46,612 nt of DNA, from IMG/VR virus record IMGVR_UViG_3300044711_000027, positions 1-46,612 of that record. One strand, 5' to 3'. Below the pieces are notes generated by a model. That model saw nothing but the letters and a program-made list of their open reading frames with translations. It ran no database searches and was not told the DNA's origin. A program made the position numbers and the translations under genes. Each line of letters opens with the position of its first letter. The stretch's first letter is position 1. The stretch is from a virus. Its lineage: Duplodnaviria > Caudoviricetes. Below, one piece after another: positions 19,126 through 28,159 of this stretch.

Positions 19126-21185
19126 CACAACCTCGCATCAAATTTTGCTACGGCATTTGCAGTATAACCCGCCAAAAGCGCGCCATGTCCTGTGACGTAT
19201 CCTGCGGGCAAAGTAGTATCAATTCGACACCCGAATGGACTGATAAGAGTGGACACCATCCCTGTCGGTGGGACCGATCCAGCCGCAGCAATCATATAAA
19301 AATCGGTGAGTGCCGAGTAACTGAAGGACGGCGCCGCGCGCATAGTCACCGGGAATTGAACGTGAGCGAGGCCCAGGCTGGCATTGTAAACCGTGCCAGC
19401 ACCAAGCGATGCCGCGATTTGACCACCCCTCCATATCCAAAGATGCCGCTGGCACAGCCGCAGCTCCTCATCGAACGGTCGCAGGATGAAAGCAGTGTTC
19501 AACGCCGCCGGCTGTGGCGCCTCGGCGCCTGGCAGCACCGCTACGCCGGCCAGATAGGCGGTGTTGCCGTTAGTGGCAAAAAAATTAGTTGTTGCCGGCG
19601 AGCCGCGAAAGGCCCCAGCCGACCAGGTATTCGCTGCAGCAGCTCGCATGCCCGACCCGGCAGCAAAGTTGAAGCAGATCTGCATGCCGATGCCGTTGGC
19701 GACATCCCACGTCCCGGCGATGTCGCCCGGAATTGTAACCGTGCGAAAAACCGTGGCGAAAGCACCAGCGATTGGAACGTCGACGACATAGCTGCGATTG
19801 CCGGCACTATTCTGCACCGACACAGCCATGGTGCCGGCGGCAGGAACATTGACCCAGAATGAAATAGTGATCGGAGACGCCGCCGCAGAACCCCAACCAA
19901 GTCGCGACATCCGGTAGCCTTCGATGCGATGTACGATCGAGGCAAAATCCGATGCACCCGAAAATGCCGCACCCGTCACCGCCTGGAACACGATCGTGTT
20001 CGGCACGCCAACCACGACCGGCCCCGTCTGCGCAATGTTGAATGCAGCAGTGGCGCCGGTGAACTGTCCCTGCCAGCCATCGATGATGTATTTCGGGAGA
20101 GCACCGCTCACCAGGCTGATAGCCGCGTTGCCGTATTCCTGGCTGATCTGCATGCCGCCGTTGATCTGCAGGCCGTTGTAGGCCAGCGCATCGAACGGTG
20201 CGGCGTAGACGTTCTGCCGCGCCTGCTGCTGCTGCGCCGGCGTCAGCGACTGAGCGGCATCGTAGCGCACCGCCGACGTCGTGAGGCTGTTGTCGACGTA
20301 TCCCTTGGTGGCGGCGCCGAGCGGCGCTGTCGGGTTGCCGGCCAGCGACACGAGACCAGTGTTGCGCGCGATCACAAACGCAGTCGTAACCAGGGTCGAG
20401 CCATCATCGGCAATCGCATTCAACCCAAAGTCAGAACCGGTGTTGCCGCCGCTCTCCGCTGCACCGGTGCCGAGCACCATCTGCCAGCGATTGAGGCCAC
20501 CCTTGGCACCATAAATAACCGCACCGGCGTTGCTGGTCCGATCGAGATAAAGGGCCGGAACTACCTTTGAGATCGTCAGGTTGCCGGACATGGTGTCGCC
20601 GGTGCGCTGCACGAACATCGAGGTGTCAGGCTGCGGTGATGCGATCACCCACTGCACGGTGTTGCCGTCGTTGAAACGGATGTACAGGATGCCGGTGTCG
20701 CTCTCCCACCACAGCGTGTTGTCGGGCACACCGACCGGCGGCGTGTCGGAGACGATCACCGATGATTTGCCGTCGACCCTGGCGTCGACATAGTGCTTGT
20801 TGGCGGCCTGCGGATCCGTGGTCGGATCACCCGGCAGCACCAGGGGGCCGGTCATGGTGTCGCCGGCCTTCTGCACATAGCGCGGATCGAGATCACCGGC
20901 GATCACCAGCCAGTGCGCCTGGTTGAAGGCGCCGGGACCGTTAGCCACCAGGGCGCGGTTGAGAACGCCAGCCTGGGCCACAAGGTCGTCGATGGCGTAG
21001 ATGGCGCGGGCATCGAAAAAACGCACCGGCAGCAGCGCCAGGGGCGCGCCGGTGGTGCCTGACGCAGCATCGCCGACAGCGAGCTGGCGGTTGGCGGTGT
21101 TGACCGCGATCTCGCCTGGCTCAAGCGGCGCCGGGAATGCAGTCGATGGATTGGACGATCGGCGGTGACGGTACTGGCTGGTCAT
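19125..21185 (-). CDS. Tail fibre / receptor-binding protein 1
   Basis: LEPGEIAVN, repeated GDTMxG, ATKGYVD, LWWESDTGILY, INGGMQISQE...DARL. Confidence 0.82.
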   Translation of the reverse strand: MTSQYRHRRSSNPSTAFPAPLEPGEIAVNTANRQLAVGDAASGTTGAPLALLPVRFFDARAIYAIDDLVAQAGVLNRALVANGPGAFNQAHWLVIAGDLDPRYVQKAGDTMTGPLVLPGDPTTDPQAANKHYVDARVDGKSSVIVSDTPPVGVPDNTLWWESDTGILYIRFNDGNTVQWVIASPQPDTSMFVQRTGDTMSGNLTISKVVPALYLDRTSNAGAVIYGAKGGLNRWQMVLGTGAAESGGNTGSDFGLNAIADDGSTLVTTAFVIARNTGLVSLAGNPTAPLGAATKGYVDNSLTTSAVRYDAAQSLTPAQQQQARQNVYAAPFDALAYNGLQINGGMQISQEYGNAAISLVSGALPKYIIDGWQGQFTGATAAFNIAQTGPVVVGVPNTIVFQAVTGAAFSGASDFASIVHRIEGYRMSRLGWGSAAASPITISFWVNVPAAGTMAVSVQNSAGNRSYVVDVPIAGAFATVFRTVTIPGDIAGTWDVANGIGMQICFNFAAGSGMRAAAANTWSAGAFRGSPATTNFFATNGNTAYLAGVAVLPGAEAPQPAALNTAFILRPFDEELRLCQRHLWIWRGGQIAASLGAGTVYNASLGLAHVQFPVTMRAAPSFSYSALTDFYMIAAAGSVPPTGMVSTLISPFGCRIDTTLPAGYVTGHGALLAGYTANAVAKFDARL

Positions 21186-21198
21186 TTCAAGCCTTCAA

Positions 21199-21543
21199 TC
21201 ATGTACCTGGTGGCGGGGGTCGCGGCGGTCGAGGTCGCGGCGGCGAGTTGCGGACGATGACGTATTTGCTCTCATCGATCGGCACCGGGTTGCCGGCAGA
21301 GATCGGCTGTGGCGTCGGCAGCGGTGGCGGCGTTGGCGCCGTCGGCACCGACGGCACCGGGACGATGTCGAGGTATTCATCCTTGGTGTGGGCGACGTTG
21401 ATGTAGGCCTGCGCAGTGCCGTGCAGCTCGATCAGCTCGTTGAGCGGCCCGTCGAAAGTCACCGGATCCGGCGGCTGTGCCGTCAGATTGATGTGCGGAG
21501 GATGCAGATCCACCGGCGGATTTCGAACAGGCCATTTGCTCAT
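21199..21543 (-). CDS. Pro-rich hypothetical protein
   Basis: Start reassigned to ATG 21543 (ATGA coupling): MSKWPVRNPP... Confidence 0.55.
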   Translation of the reverse strand: MSKWPVRNPPVDLHPPHINLTAQPPDPVTFDGPLNELIELHGTAQAYINVAHTKDEYLDIVPVPSVPTAPTPPPLPTPQPISAGNPVPIDESKYVIVRNSPPRPRPPRPPPPGT

Positions 21544-21848
21544 GCGGCACCTGGCTCCGGGTTCGGTGCCGGTGTCGGCTCCGGCTCCGGTGGCTGTCCC
21601 ATCGGATCCGGCTCGGTCGTTGTCGCCGGCTTGCCTTCGTCGTGTCGTTTGTCTTCGCGCCGGTCGTCGTCGTCGTCGTGCTTCTTGCCGCCACCCATCT
21701 TGCCTCTCCTCTTGCTGGTTGACCTCTTCTTCACCACCGTGGTCTTTTTCGGTGATGTCTTGCGGCTGGCCGCAGCGCGCTTTTTCGGTGACGGTCGTTT
21801 GCTCACCTGCTTTGCGCCCTTGCGTTTGTTCTTGCGCGCCATGCTCAT
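21540..21848 (-). CDS. Basic histone-H1-like (SPKK) protein with acidic/Pro tail
   Basis: K/R-rich first half with two SPKK motifs; GAGGAG SD; ATGA coupling at both ends. Confidence 0.55.
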   Translation of the reverse strand: MSMARKNKRKGAKQVSKRPSPKKRAAASRKTSPKKTTVVKKRSTSKRRGKMGGGKKHDDDDDRREDKRHDEGKPATTTEPDPMGQPPEPEPTPAPNPEPGAA

Positions 21849-22252
21849 CTCCTCTTGCGTGTCCCTGCCCCAGGGTCGGTGAAGGTGAAATCGAGCGGCT
21901 GCGATTGCAGCGGCCCGTTGCGCACCGAGACCGGCAGAGCACCCGGCCCAAAGATCGACGGCTTGACGATCGTGGTCAGCGTGCCGTCAGGGCGAAGTGT
22001 AGTTGGCTCATCGAAACCGTTGAAAATGATCACGGTCTGCTCGGTGAAGCCTCCGCCCGACAGCACCAGGTCAAAATCGGCGGCCCCGCACTCGGCGGTG
22101 GCGGGATCGAGCGCGGTCACGGTCGGCGCCGCGTCCTTGGCCTCCTGCAGGGTGTCGACAATCACTGGCATCTCGCCACCCTTGACGGTGACGTCGGCGG
22201 GGCCGGCGATCATGAAAGTTTTGCCGGCGGGGACTCCATAGAACACTGCCAT
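21845..22252 (-). CDS. IPT/TIG (Ig-like) domain protein
   Basis: APTVTALDPATA...LVLSGGGF...VSVRNG...SQPLDFTF; AGGAGG SD before ATG 22252. Confidence 0.7.
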   Translation of the reverse strand: MAVFYGVPAGKTFMIAGPADVTVKGGEMPVIVDTLQEAKDAAPTVTALDPATAECGAADFDLVLSGGGFTEQTVIIFNGFDEPTTLRPDGTLTTIVKPSIFGPGALPVSVRNGPLQSQPLDFTFTDPGAGTRKRR

Positions 22253-22266
22253 CACAATCCTCCTGG

Positions 22267-22644
22267 TTAGAACGTGCCGCCATCGATCACGGCCGGCAGA
22301 CCGACCACCACCGACCAATCGGCGTTTTGCCTGGCGTATTGCTGACCATCGACAGGCGCCTCGGGAAACGGCGCCACCACCTGCCAGCTCTCGTTCTTCC
22401 TGGCCCACAGCAGACCGTCGTTCGGCGCCTCGCCGATCGAGATCGACCAATCGGCATTGCGCCGCGCATAAAACAGATCGTCGATCGGCGCCTCGCCGAT
22501 GCCGCCGGTGGCGCCGGCCTGGGCGAAGAACCTGGTCGGGATCACCCGGCCTGGTCCGCTGGCGCCGCGCACCTCGACGATCTCGCCAGGGTCGGCGTCG
22601 TCTGATGTCGGCAGCCAGTGTGCCAGGCGGGCATTTTGCGTCAT
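22267..22644 (-). CDS. Protein with three fibritin-foldon-like repeats
   Basis: Three copies of EAPxDxxx(Y/W)ARxNxxW; C-terminal IDGGTF; start ATG 22644. Confidence 0.7.
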   Translation of the reverse strand: MTQNARLAHWLPTSDDADPGEIVEVRGASGPGRVIPTRFFAQAGATGGIGEAPIDDLFYARRNADWSISIGEAPNDGLLWARKNESWQVVAPFPEAPVDGQQYARQNADWSVVVGLPAVIDGGTF

Positions 22645-24047
22645 GACGTCAGCACCGCATTGGAGAACCACACCACCCAGAAGTGTGCGGCGTTCACCGG
22701 CGCGGTCGACATCGTCAGGGTGTTGCCGGTGGCGACGTAGTCGACGCCTGGCTCCTGGATGATGCCGTCGAGGCAGACCTGGAGCTGGGCGCCATCGGTG
22801 ACGTTGACCGGCTGCAGGCCGCTGACCGGGTGGCTGTACTGCATGGTGAAGGCGGCGGTGCTGCCGTTCGGCGTGGCCGGCGTCAGCAGCGCCTTGAAGG
22901 CGTGGACGTTGCCGGGGACCAGGTCGTCGGCCGGTACCAGCAGATCCCACTGCACGATCGAGCTGGCGGTCGCGGCCACCGCCAGGGTCAGCGCCGAGCT
23001 GGTGGTGTTGATGCTGTAATCGGAGACCGGGACCAGGCGCACGCCATTGAGGTGGACATCGGATGGCGACTCACCGACGATCGGGGTGGCGCCGTTGCTG
23101 TCGGCGCCGCTGAACACGGTTTGGCCGGCGGTCGCGACGTAGACGAACCTGGAGGCGACACCGCTCGCCAGGACGTAGGGGCTGACCCATTCGCTGCCGT
23201 TCCAGACGTAGATCTGCCCGGTGGTCTTGTCGAAATAGAACGACCCTGGCGCCAGCGGGTTCGGCACCTTGATGCCGGTGTCGGGATTGACGTTCCCAGG
23301 CATCGGCGGGGTGTCCCAGCCGCCCAGGTAATAGAACCCCCAGGGGCCGACCAGCTGGGCAGCGTAGACCGCCCACCATTTTGCCGACCAAAGACCGGCG
23401 ACACCGCCGTAGCCCTCGACGGGCTGGTAGTACAGGCCATGCGGAAAGGCGCTGTCGGCGATGTAGCCTGGCGCGTCGACCTCGTTGACGACCGGGCCGG
23501 CGAGATACTCGGCCCAGGCCAGCGCCTCGTCCTTGGCCTTGATGGCGTTGTCGGCCTGGGCGTGAGAATAGTTCGCCCAATTCTCGGCCTCGGTGGCGTC
23601 GCTGTCGGCGCTCGATGCGGCGATCACCATGCTGGACCTGAACCGCTCGATCAGCTGCATCGCGACATTGCTGGCCGACAGGAACTGCGATGCCGACACC
23701 GCTGCGGCCTCGGCGTCCCTGGCGAACAGTTGCGCGGTGTTGGCGCTGGCGCGCACCACAGCGGCGCCCTGCTCGGCCCTGGTGGCGGCAATCGCGGTGC
23801 GCTCGATCACCTCGTCGGTCAGGGTTTCGCGCACCAGGGGTGTGAGCTGCTCCAGGCTGACGCTCTGGTTCTTCAGCTTGCCGTCGTCGCGCCGGATGTC
23901 AGCCAGGGCGAGCTGGGTCGAATAGATCGCGTCGATCAGGATCTGGAATTGCGCATCGAGCCGATCGGCGGGGATCGGATCCCTCGGCCGCGTCTTGGCG
24001 TAGTCGGAGAATGAGAAATCACGGCGAGGCCGCACAATCGCTGGCAC
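22641..24047 (-). CDS. Tail fibre anchor/adapter protein
   Basis: N-terminal RRDDGKL plus coiled coil, YFDxxxGQIYVWNGSEW, ATAGQTVF and V.LNGV.L...DY beta repeats. Confidence 0.65.
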   Translation of the reverse strand: MPAIVRPRRDFSFSDYAKTRPRDPIPADRLDAQFQILIDAIYSTQLALADIRRDDGKLKNQSVSLEQLTPLVRETLTDEVIERTAIAATRAEQGAAVVRASANTAQLFARDAEAAAVSASQFLSASNVAMQLIERFRSSMVIAASSADSDATEAENWANYSHAQADNAIKAKDEALAWAEYLAGPVVNEVDAPGYIADSAFPHGLYYQPVEGYGGVAGLWSAKWWAVYAAQLVGPWGFYYLGGWDTPPMPGNVNPDTGIKVPNPLAPGSFYFDKTTGQIYVWNGSEWVSPYVLASGVASRFVYVATAGQTVFSGADSNGATPIVGESPSDVHLNGVRLVPVSDYSINTTSSALTLAVAATASSIVQWDLLVPADDLVPGNVHAFKALLTPATPNGSTAAFTMQYSHPVSGLQPVNVTDGAQLQVCLDGIIQEPGVDYVATGNTLTMSTAPVNAAHFWVVWFSNAVLTS

Positions 24048-24185
24048 GATGCCACTGCTGTGCTTCGCATTTCGAGCCAGAAGCTAGGCTGGGCCTGCCG
24101 GGGCCGTTACAAGCGCGGTGGCGGATTTATGGCACCGCAATCGGGTTTGTGGAAGAGGCCTTTTCCCTGTTGCGTGCGGTATTGC

Positions 24186-24202
24186 GCTAAGATTAAATTA
24201 GC
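24186..24202. promoter_or_regulatory. GCTAA-N7-TTAGC palindrome in the divergent intergenic region
   Basis: gctaa-gattaaa-ttagc between the late operon (minus) and the accessory island (plus). Confidence 0.55.
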
Positions 24203-24257
24203 GGTTGTGGGAAGAAGCTAGCCTGGGGGCATCTGGAAGCAAGGAAGGAACCGGCCT

Positions 24258-24971
24258 ATGGCCAAAACACCTGACATCGTGGAAGTCTTCAATTTTGGTG
24301 CGCGCAATGTGCCGAAGGAACTAGTCGGCTCGTTGATGGCGGCCTGCAACAGGCTAGGCATCAGTGAGATCACGTTCGACCTCGTCACCGAGCAGCACAC
24401 CTACAAGCAAAAGCAGCGACACGAAACCTCATCGGCGACGGCGCTCGCATCCTGGGTGAAGGAGCACCCGACCTTCAAGGCGATCGAGGCGGTGAAGTAT
24501 CTGGAGAGCCAGGGACGCACGCGCGGCTCGACCTACCCGGCGCTCGGCGAGCTGGTGGCGGCCGGTGTGCTGAAGAAGCTAGGCGACGGCAACTATGCCC
24601 GCGCCGACGTCAAGCAGCTCGCTGCACCGAAGAAGACCGCGAAGCCGGCGAAGAAGAAGCAGGATCGGCGCGAAATTTCCCACGGCGATTTTGTGCTGCG
24701 CACCGCGAGTCGCAATCATGGCCGGTTTTCGCGCCAGACCATGATCACCCACTTCGAAAAAGACGGCCGCGACCCGACCTCGATCGGCTGGACGCTGAAC
24801 GACCTTATTGCGAAGAAGCTTTTGAAGCGGGTCAATGAAGGCGAGTACATACTGCTGCGCGGCAACACTACTGCGAAGAAACCCACCGCGAAGAAGCCTA
24901 CAACTAAGAAACCACCTCCTCAAATCAACGGCGCCGCCGTTATAGACCAGGCCTCTGCTACGGAGGCCTAA
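24258..24971 (+). CDS. Putative DNA-binding protein with tandem winged-helix repeats
   Basis: Two similar segments (LGELVAAGVLKKLGDGNY / LNDLIAKKLLKRVNEGEY) and Lys-rich TAKKP repeats. Confidence 0.65.
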   Translation: MAKTPDIVEVFNFGARNVPKELVGSLMAACNRLGISEITFDLVTEQHTYKQKQRHETSSATALASWVKEHPTFKAIEAVKYLESQGRTRGSTYPALGELVAAGVLKKLGDGNYARADVKQLAAPKKTAKPAKKKQDRREISHGDFVLRTASRNHGRFSRQTMITHFEKDGRDPTSIGWTLNDLIAKKLLKRVNEGEYILLRGNTTAKKPTAKKPTTKKPPPQINGAAVIDQASATEA

Positions 24972-24974
24972 GTG

Positions 24975-25334
24975 ATGGCGAAAGGCAATGGTGGCACGCT
25001 TTGGCTGCGACGTTCCTACTCGTTCGTCGACAAGGATCCCGAGATCGACAAATTCCGCACCATCTACCAGCAAGAGCACATCAAGGAAGATGACCTGGCT
25101 GCGCTGGCGGGGATTTCGACGTCAACGGTGACGAATATGTTCGGCGGAAAAACAAAAAAACCGCAGCACGCGACCTTCGCCAAGATGGCCGCAGCGATGG
25201 GCTACGAATATGGCCTGCAGCGCATCGGCAACCCGTCCTACGATAAAGCCATCCAGGAGGCCAAGGAGCAGCGCAAGGCCTACTGGGAGCTGCAGCGCAA
25301 GCGTCGGGAGCGCGAAGAAAAGCGAGGACGGTAG
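24975..25334 (+). CDS. XRE-type HTH protein
   Basis: DLAALAGISTSTVTNMFGGKTKKPQHATFAKMAAAMG. Confidence 0.75.
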   Translation: MAKGNGGTLWLRRSYSFVDKDPEIDKFRTIYQQEHIKEDDLAALAGISTSTVTNMFGGKTKKPQHATFAKMAAAMGYEYGLQRIGNPSYDKAIQEAKEQRKAYWELQRKRREREEKRGR

Positions 25335-25335
25335 A

Positions 25336-25605
25336 ATGACCGAGACCGTCAGCATCGACGCTGGCGTGTTTCCCGACAGCGAAGCGTGCCCCGACTGTGA
25401 AGGTTTTATCTTCCGGCCGGGGCCGCGAGCCGGGTTGTCACAGAACATCGAGTGTGTCGGCTGCGGGGCGCGCTATTCGATCACCAGGTGGGATCCTCGG
25501 CTCGACGGTGGTCGCCGAGATGGCCCGATGCCGATCGTGTGGGCGCAGCGCATCGACAATGACGTCGAGTGGCGTGAAGACCTGTTTCCAAGGGTGCTAG
25601 AATGA
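25336..25605 (+). CDS. Small zinc-ribbon protein
   Basis: CPDC...CVGC; GAGG SD; start reassigned. Confidence 0.6.
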   Translation: MTETVSIDAGVFPDSEACPDCEGFIFRPGPRAGLSQNIECVGCGARYSITRWDPRLDGGRRDGPMPIVWAQRIDNDVEWREDLFPRVLE

Positions 25606-26000
25606 TGCGAACTGAAAAACACATCACCCGCGAGATGCTGCAGGCCGAGCCAAATACGCTGTTCGTGTTCGGCGACAACATCGCCCAGGTTGGCAAGGCC
25701 GGTCAGGCCAGGGAGATGCGCGGCGAGCCCAACGCAGCCGGCATCCCGACCAAATGGTCGCCCAGCATGCGGCTCGATGCGTTCTTCACCGACGACCAGC
25801 TCGACCTGGTCAAGGACAACATCGATGCCGCGTTCGGCCGGCTGTTCATGCACGCAGCGTGCGGCGGCGACATCGTCTGGCCGGAAGACGGCATCGGCAC
25901 CGGGCTGGCGCAGCTGCCACGGCGCTCGCCGGCAATCTGGGACTACATCGAGCGAGGCCGAAAGGCTCTAGGATGGTGTTGCCATGAGAGACGAATATGA
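25602..26000 (+). CDS. Conserved phage protein (FVFGDN...GQA...NAxGIPTK family)
   Basis: Recognisable motif set, including DGIGTGLA; function unknown. Confidence 0.7.
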   Translation: MMRTEKHITREMLQAEPNTLFVFGDNIAQVGKAGQAREMRGEPNAAGIPTKWSPSMRLDAFFTDDQLDLVKDNIDAAFGRLFMHAACGGDIVWPEDGIGTGLAQLPRRSPAIWDYIERGRKALGWCCHERRI

Positions 26001-26202
26001 TTTCAGCGGCGGGCTGCGTGGTCAGTTCAGCAGCCGCGTCCACCTCACCGACGAAGAGCGGCAGCTGCTGCTGAAGGCGATCGACGGCAGCCTGCTCAAC
26101 ACCCAGGGGCGGATCGGCGGCTACGATCTGCCGAAGCTGATCGCGATCCGGCGCAAGCTGGAAGGCGTCGACAAGCGGATCACGGTGGAGACCGGCAAAT
26201 GA
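25984..26202 (+). CDS. Hypothetical protein
   Basis: 72 aa in a chain of overlapping genes. Confidence 0.55.
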   Translation: MRDEYDFSGGLRGQFSSRVHLTDEERQLLLKAIDGSLLNTQGRIGGYDLPKLIAIRRKLEGVDKRITVETGK

Positions 26203-26357
26203 CGCAGCTGGAGAAGCTGGTCATCGAGTGGCGCGATGCGCAGCGTGCGATCGACAAGATGACGGCGTCGGAGCGTCAAAAGTCGATCGATGCGCTGCAG
26301 CGGCTGATCGAGGCGCACAATGTGCTGCTGCGGTATGCCAACGAGGAGCTGGGGTGA
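26199..26357 (+). CDS. Small helical hypothetical protein (52 aa, below the ORF-track cutoff)
   Basis: MTQLEKLVIEWRDAQ...EELG; ATGA and GTGA coupling. Confidence 0.55.
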   Translation: MTQLEKLVIEWRDAQRAIDKMTASERQKSIDALQRLIEAHNVLLRYANEELG

Positions 26358-26710
26358 AGCATCGCGTCATCATCTGCGGTGGCCGGGACTTCAGCAACAG
26401 CGTCTTGCTGTTCAAGACCATGGATGTGCTGCATGCCGAGCATCAATTCCGCGACATGATGCAGGGCGGCGCGCGTGGCGCCGACGCAATGAGCCGGCTG
26501 TGGGCGAAGACGCACCCGGAGATCGTGCGCTGGGTCTCCCCGGCGCAGTGGGAGCTTCACGGCAAGGCCGCAGGCCCGATCCGCAACAGCCGCATGCTGG
26601 AGTGGAAACCCGACCTCGTCGTTGCGTTTCCGACCGGCGGCCCCGGCACTGCTGACATGATCAAACAGGCCCGCGCCGCTGGCGTCGAAGTGATCATCAT
26701 CAAATGCTGA
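26354..26710 (+). CDS. SLOG-superfamily protein (YspA-related/DUF2493-like)
   Basis: VIICGGRDF...GGARGAD...W..HGKAAGPIRN..ML...DLVVAFP..GT.DM; GAGGAG SD before GTG 26354. Confidence 0.85.
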   Translation: MKHRVIICGGRDFSNSVLLFKTMDVLHAEHQFRDMMQGGARGADAMSRLWAKTHPEIVRWVSPAQWELHGKAAGPIRNSRMLEWKPDLVVAFPTGGPGTADMIKQARAAGVEVIIIKC

Positions 26711-26793
26711 CCCGGCTGGCGATCGTGGCGATGGCGCTCAACGTGGCCGGCATGATCTGGTGGATGCTGCTCGCCGCCGGGTTCATTCGATAG
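26704..26793 (+). CDS. Possible 29-aa hydrophobic peptide
   Basis: MLTRLAIVAMALNVAGMIWWMLLAAGFIR, overlaps the SLOG stop. Confidence 0.35.
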   Translation: MLTRLAIVAMALNVAGMIWWMLLAAGFIR

Positions 26794-27238
26794 CTTCATA
26801 GGCGTCCATGAAGGCCTGCACCCAGGCCGACGCGACCCACGGCTCCTGGGCGCCGTTGGCGATGCCGGCGGCACGCATCGCTCGATCGCGGGACCAGGGC
26901 AGGCCTGATGGCGGTTGCGGATCCGGCTGTGGCTGTGGTGGCGGCTGTGGTGCCACCGGCAGCAGCTTGAAAGGCGTCACGCCGTGGCTGTCGAGCGGCG
27001 TTGTAAACATCGGCTCGTTGAGGTCGCCCATGTTGCTGATGTTGGGATCGCTGGCCTTGAACGATCGAAACGTCCGTGCTGCCCGCCTGCCCATCTCGGT
27101 GATCTCCAGCTTGTCCCAGCCATCGAACGCGAACCCGCCTTCGATCAGCTCGCGCGAAATGGTGTGCATGCAGTTGAAGCTGGCGCCGTGCTCCAGCTCG
27201 ATCAAGGCCAACACTGCCGGCTGCGACAGGGTCGTCAT
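26783..27238 (-). CDS. Hypothetical protein
   Basis: 151 aa, ATGA coupling; wHTH-like N-terminus (LEITEMGR). Confidence 0.6.
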   Translation of the reverse strand: MTTLSQPAVLALIELEHGASFNCMHTISRELIEGGFAFDGWDKLEITEMGRRAARTFRSFKASDPNISNMGDLNEPMFTTPLDSHGVTPFKLLPVAPQPPPQPQPDPQPPSGLPWSRDRAMRAAGIANGAQEPWVASAWVQAFMDAYEAIE

Positions 27239-27549
27239 TGCTTCTTGGCCGCACCGGTGCGGCGCTTCAGCTCGTTCTGCACCTCGGTCTGGAAACCAAG
27301 CCTCTCCATCAGGTGCAGGACAACATGCAGCCTGGCCTCGCCCTCGGAAGGCCGCTTGCCGTTCTGCTGCTCCATGCCGTCAGCCACCACACCAGCCGAG
27401 CCAGCGATCAGCGAGGCGATGACACCAAGCATCAGCGAGTAGACCTCGCGCTCGTCATCGAGCAGCTGCGTCACCGACGTGACGGCGCGCTCGATGCGTT
27501 CCATCGTCAGCTTGCCGAGATCCTCCAGGCGTTGTTCTTGTGGTGTCAT
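27235..27549 (-). CDS. Hypothetical protein
   Basis: GAGGAG SD before ATG 27549 (MTPQEQRL...). Confidence 0.6.
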   Translation of the reverse strand: MTPQEQRLEDLGKLTMERIERAVTSVTQLLDDEREVYSLMLGVIASLIAGSAGVVADGMEQQNGKRPSEGEARLHVVLHLMERLGFQTEVQNELKRRTGAAKKQ

Positions 27550-27892
27550 GTCAGACTCCTCGGTTCGGTGGAGAGAAATTTTGGCGGGGAGGGTTACGTC
27601 ATCGCCCGCTTCCACATTTGGCCCCCGCCAGGGGGCGGGTTGATGGTATGGCGGTGCCACCCCCTTGAAAGCATTGATGTTTCCACGGCCTGGCCGCCTG
27701 GCCTAGCGAGGGGCGATGACCATTGGATTATCCATTGGCACCAGGCCGGCAGGCGATACGCCTTACACATCAGGGCCTTAGCCGATCGATGTGGATCCTG
27801 GCCCAGGATCCCCTGTGCCCCAGGCCAGCGAAGGAAGGAACGGGCACGCCCTGTGGTGGGACACAGACGGCCTGGGGCGGCCCCAGGATGAG

Positions 27893-28159
27893 TCACAGCC
27901 GCCCCGGCGTCAATCGGGCGATCTCGGCGTCCAGCTCCTCCACGGTCAGCTCTGCGGCGCCTGTGCCGGCTCCAGGCGCATCGTCGCCGCCGAAATACTC
28001 CAGGAGCGTCCGGCCCGCCGACGCCTTCGCCGCCGCCGACGCCGTGGCGTCATGGAGCACGCTTCGCAAAGCCTCTCTCACCTCATCCCTCAGAGCCTCC
28101 TTGGTTCCATTGTTGGACTTTCCTGAGCCCCCTGCGAGCGGCTTTGTCGATCGCGGCAT
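27893..28159 (-). CDS. Putative terminase small subunit-like helical protein
   Basis: AAAKASAGRTLLEY...ELTVEELDAEIARL pattern; GGAGG SD; follows the HGG protein. Confidence 0.45.
   Translation of the reverse strand: MPRSTKPLAGGSGKSNNGTKEALRDEVREALRSVLHDATASAAAKASAGRTLLEYFGGDDAPGAGTGAAELTVEELDAEIARLTPGRL

Noticed and set aside
17465-21185. Diversity-generating retroelement or invertible tail-fibre switch
   Set aside because: No reverse transcriptase, no TR/VR pair differing at adenines and no invertase; the fibres are in the same orientation
28083-28159. Programmed frameshift fusing the HGG protein to the terS-like ORF
   Set aside because: The downstream ORF has its own GGAGG SD and ATG, and no canonical slippery heptamer is seen
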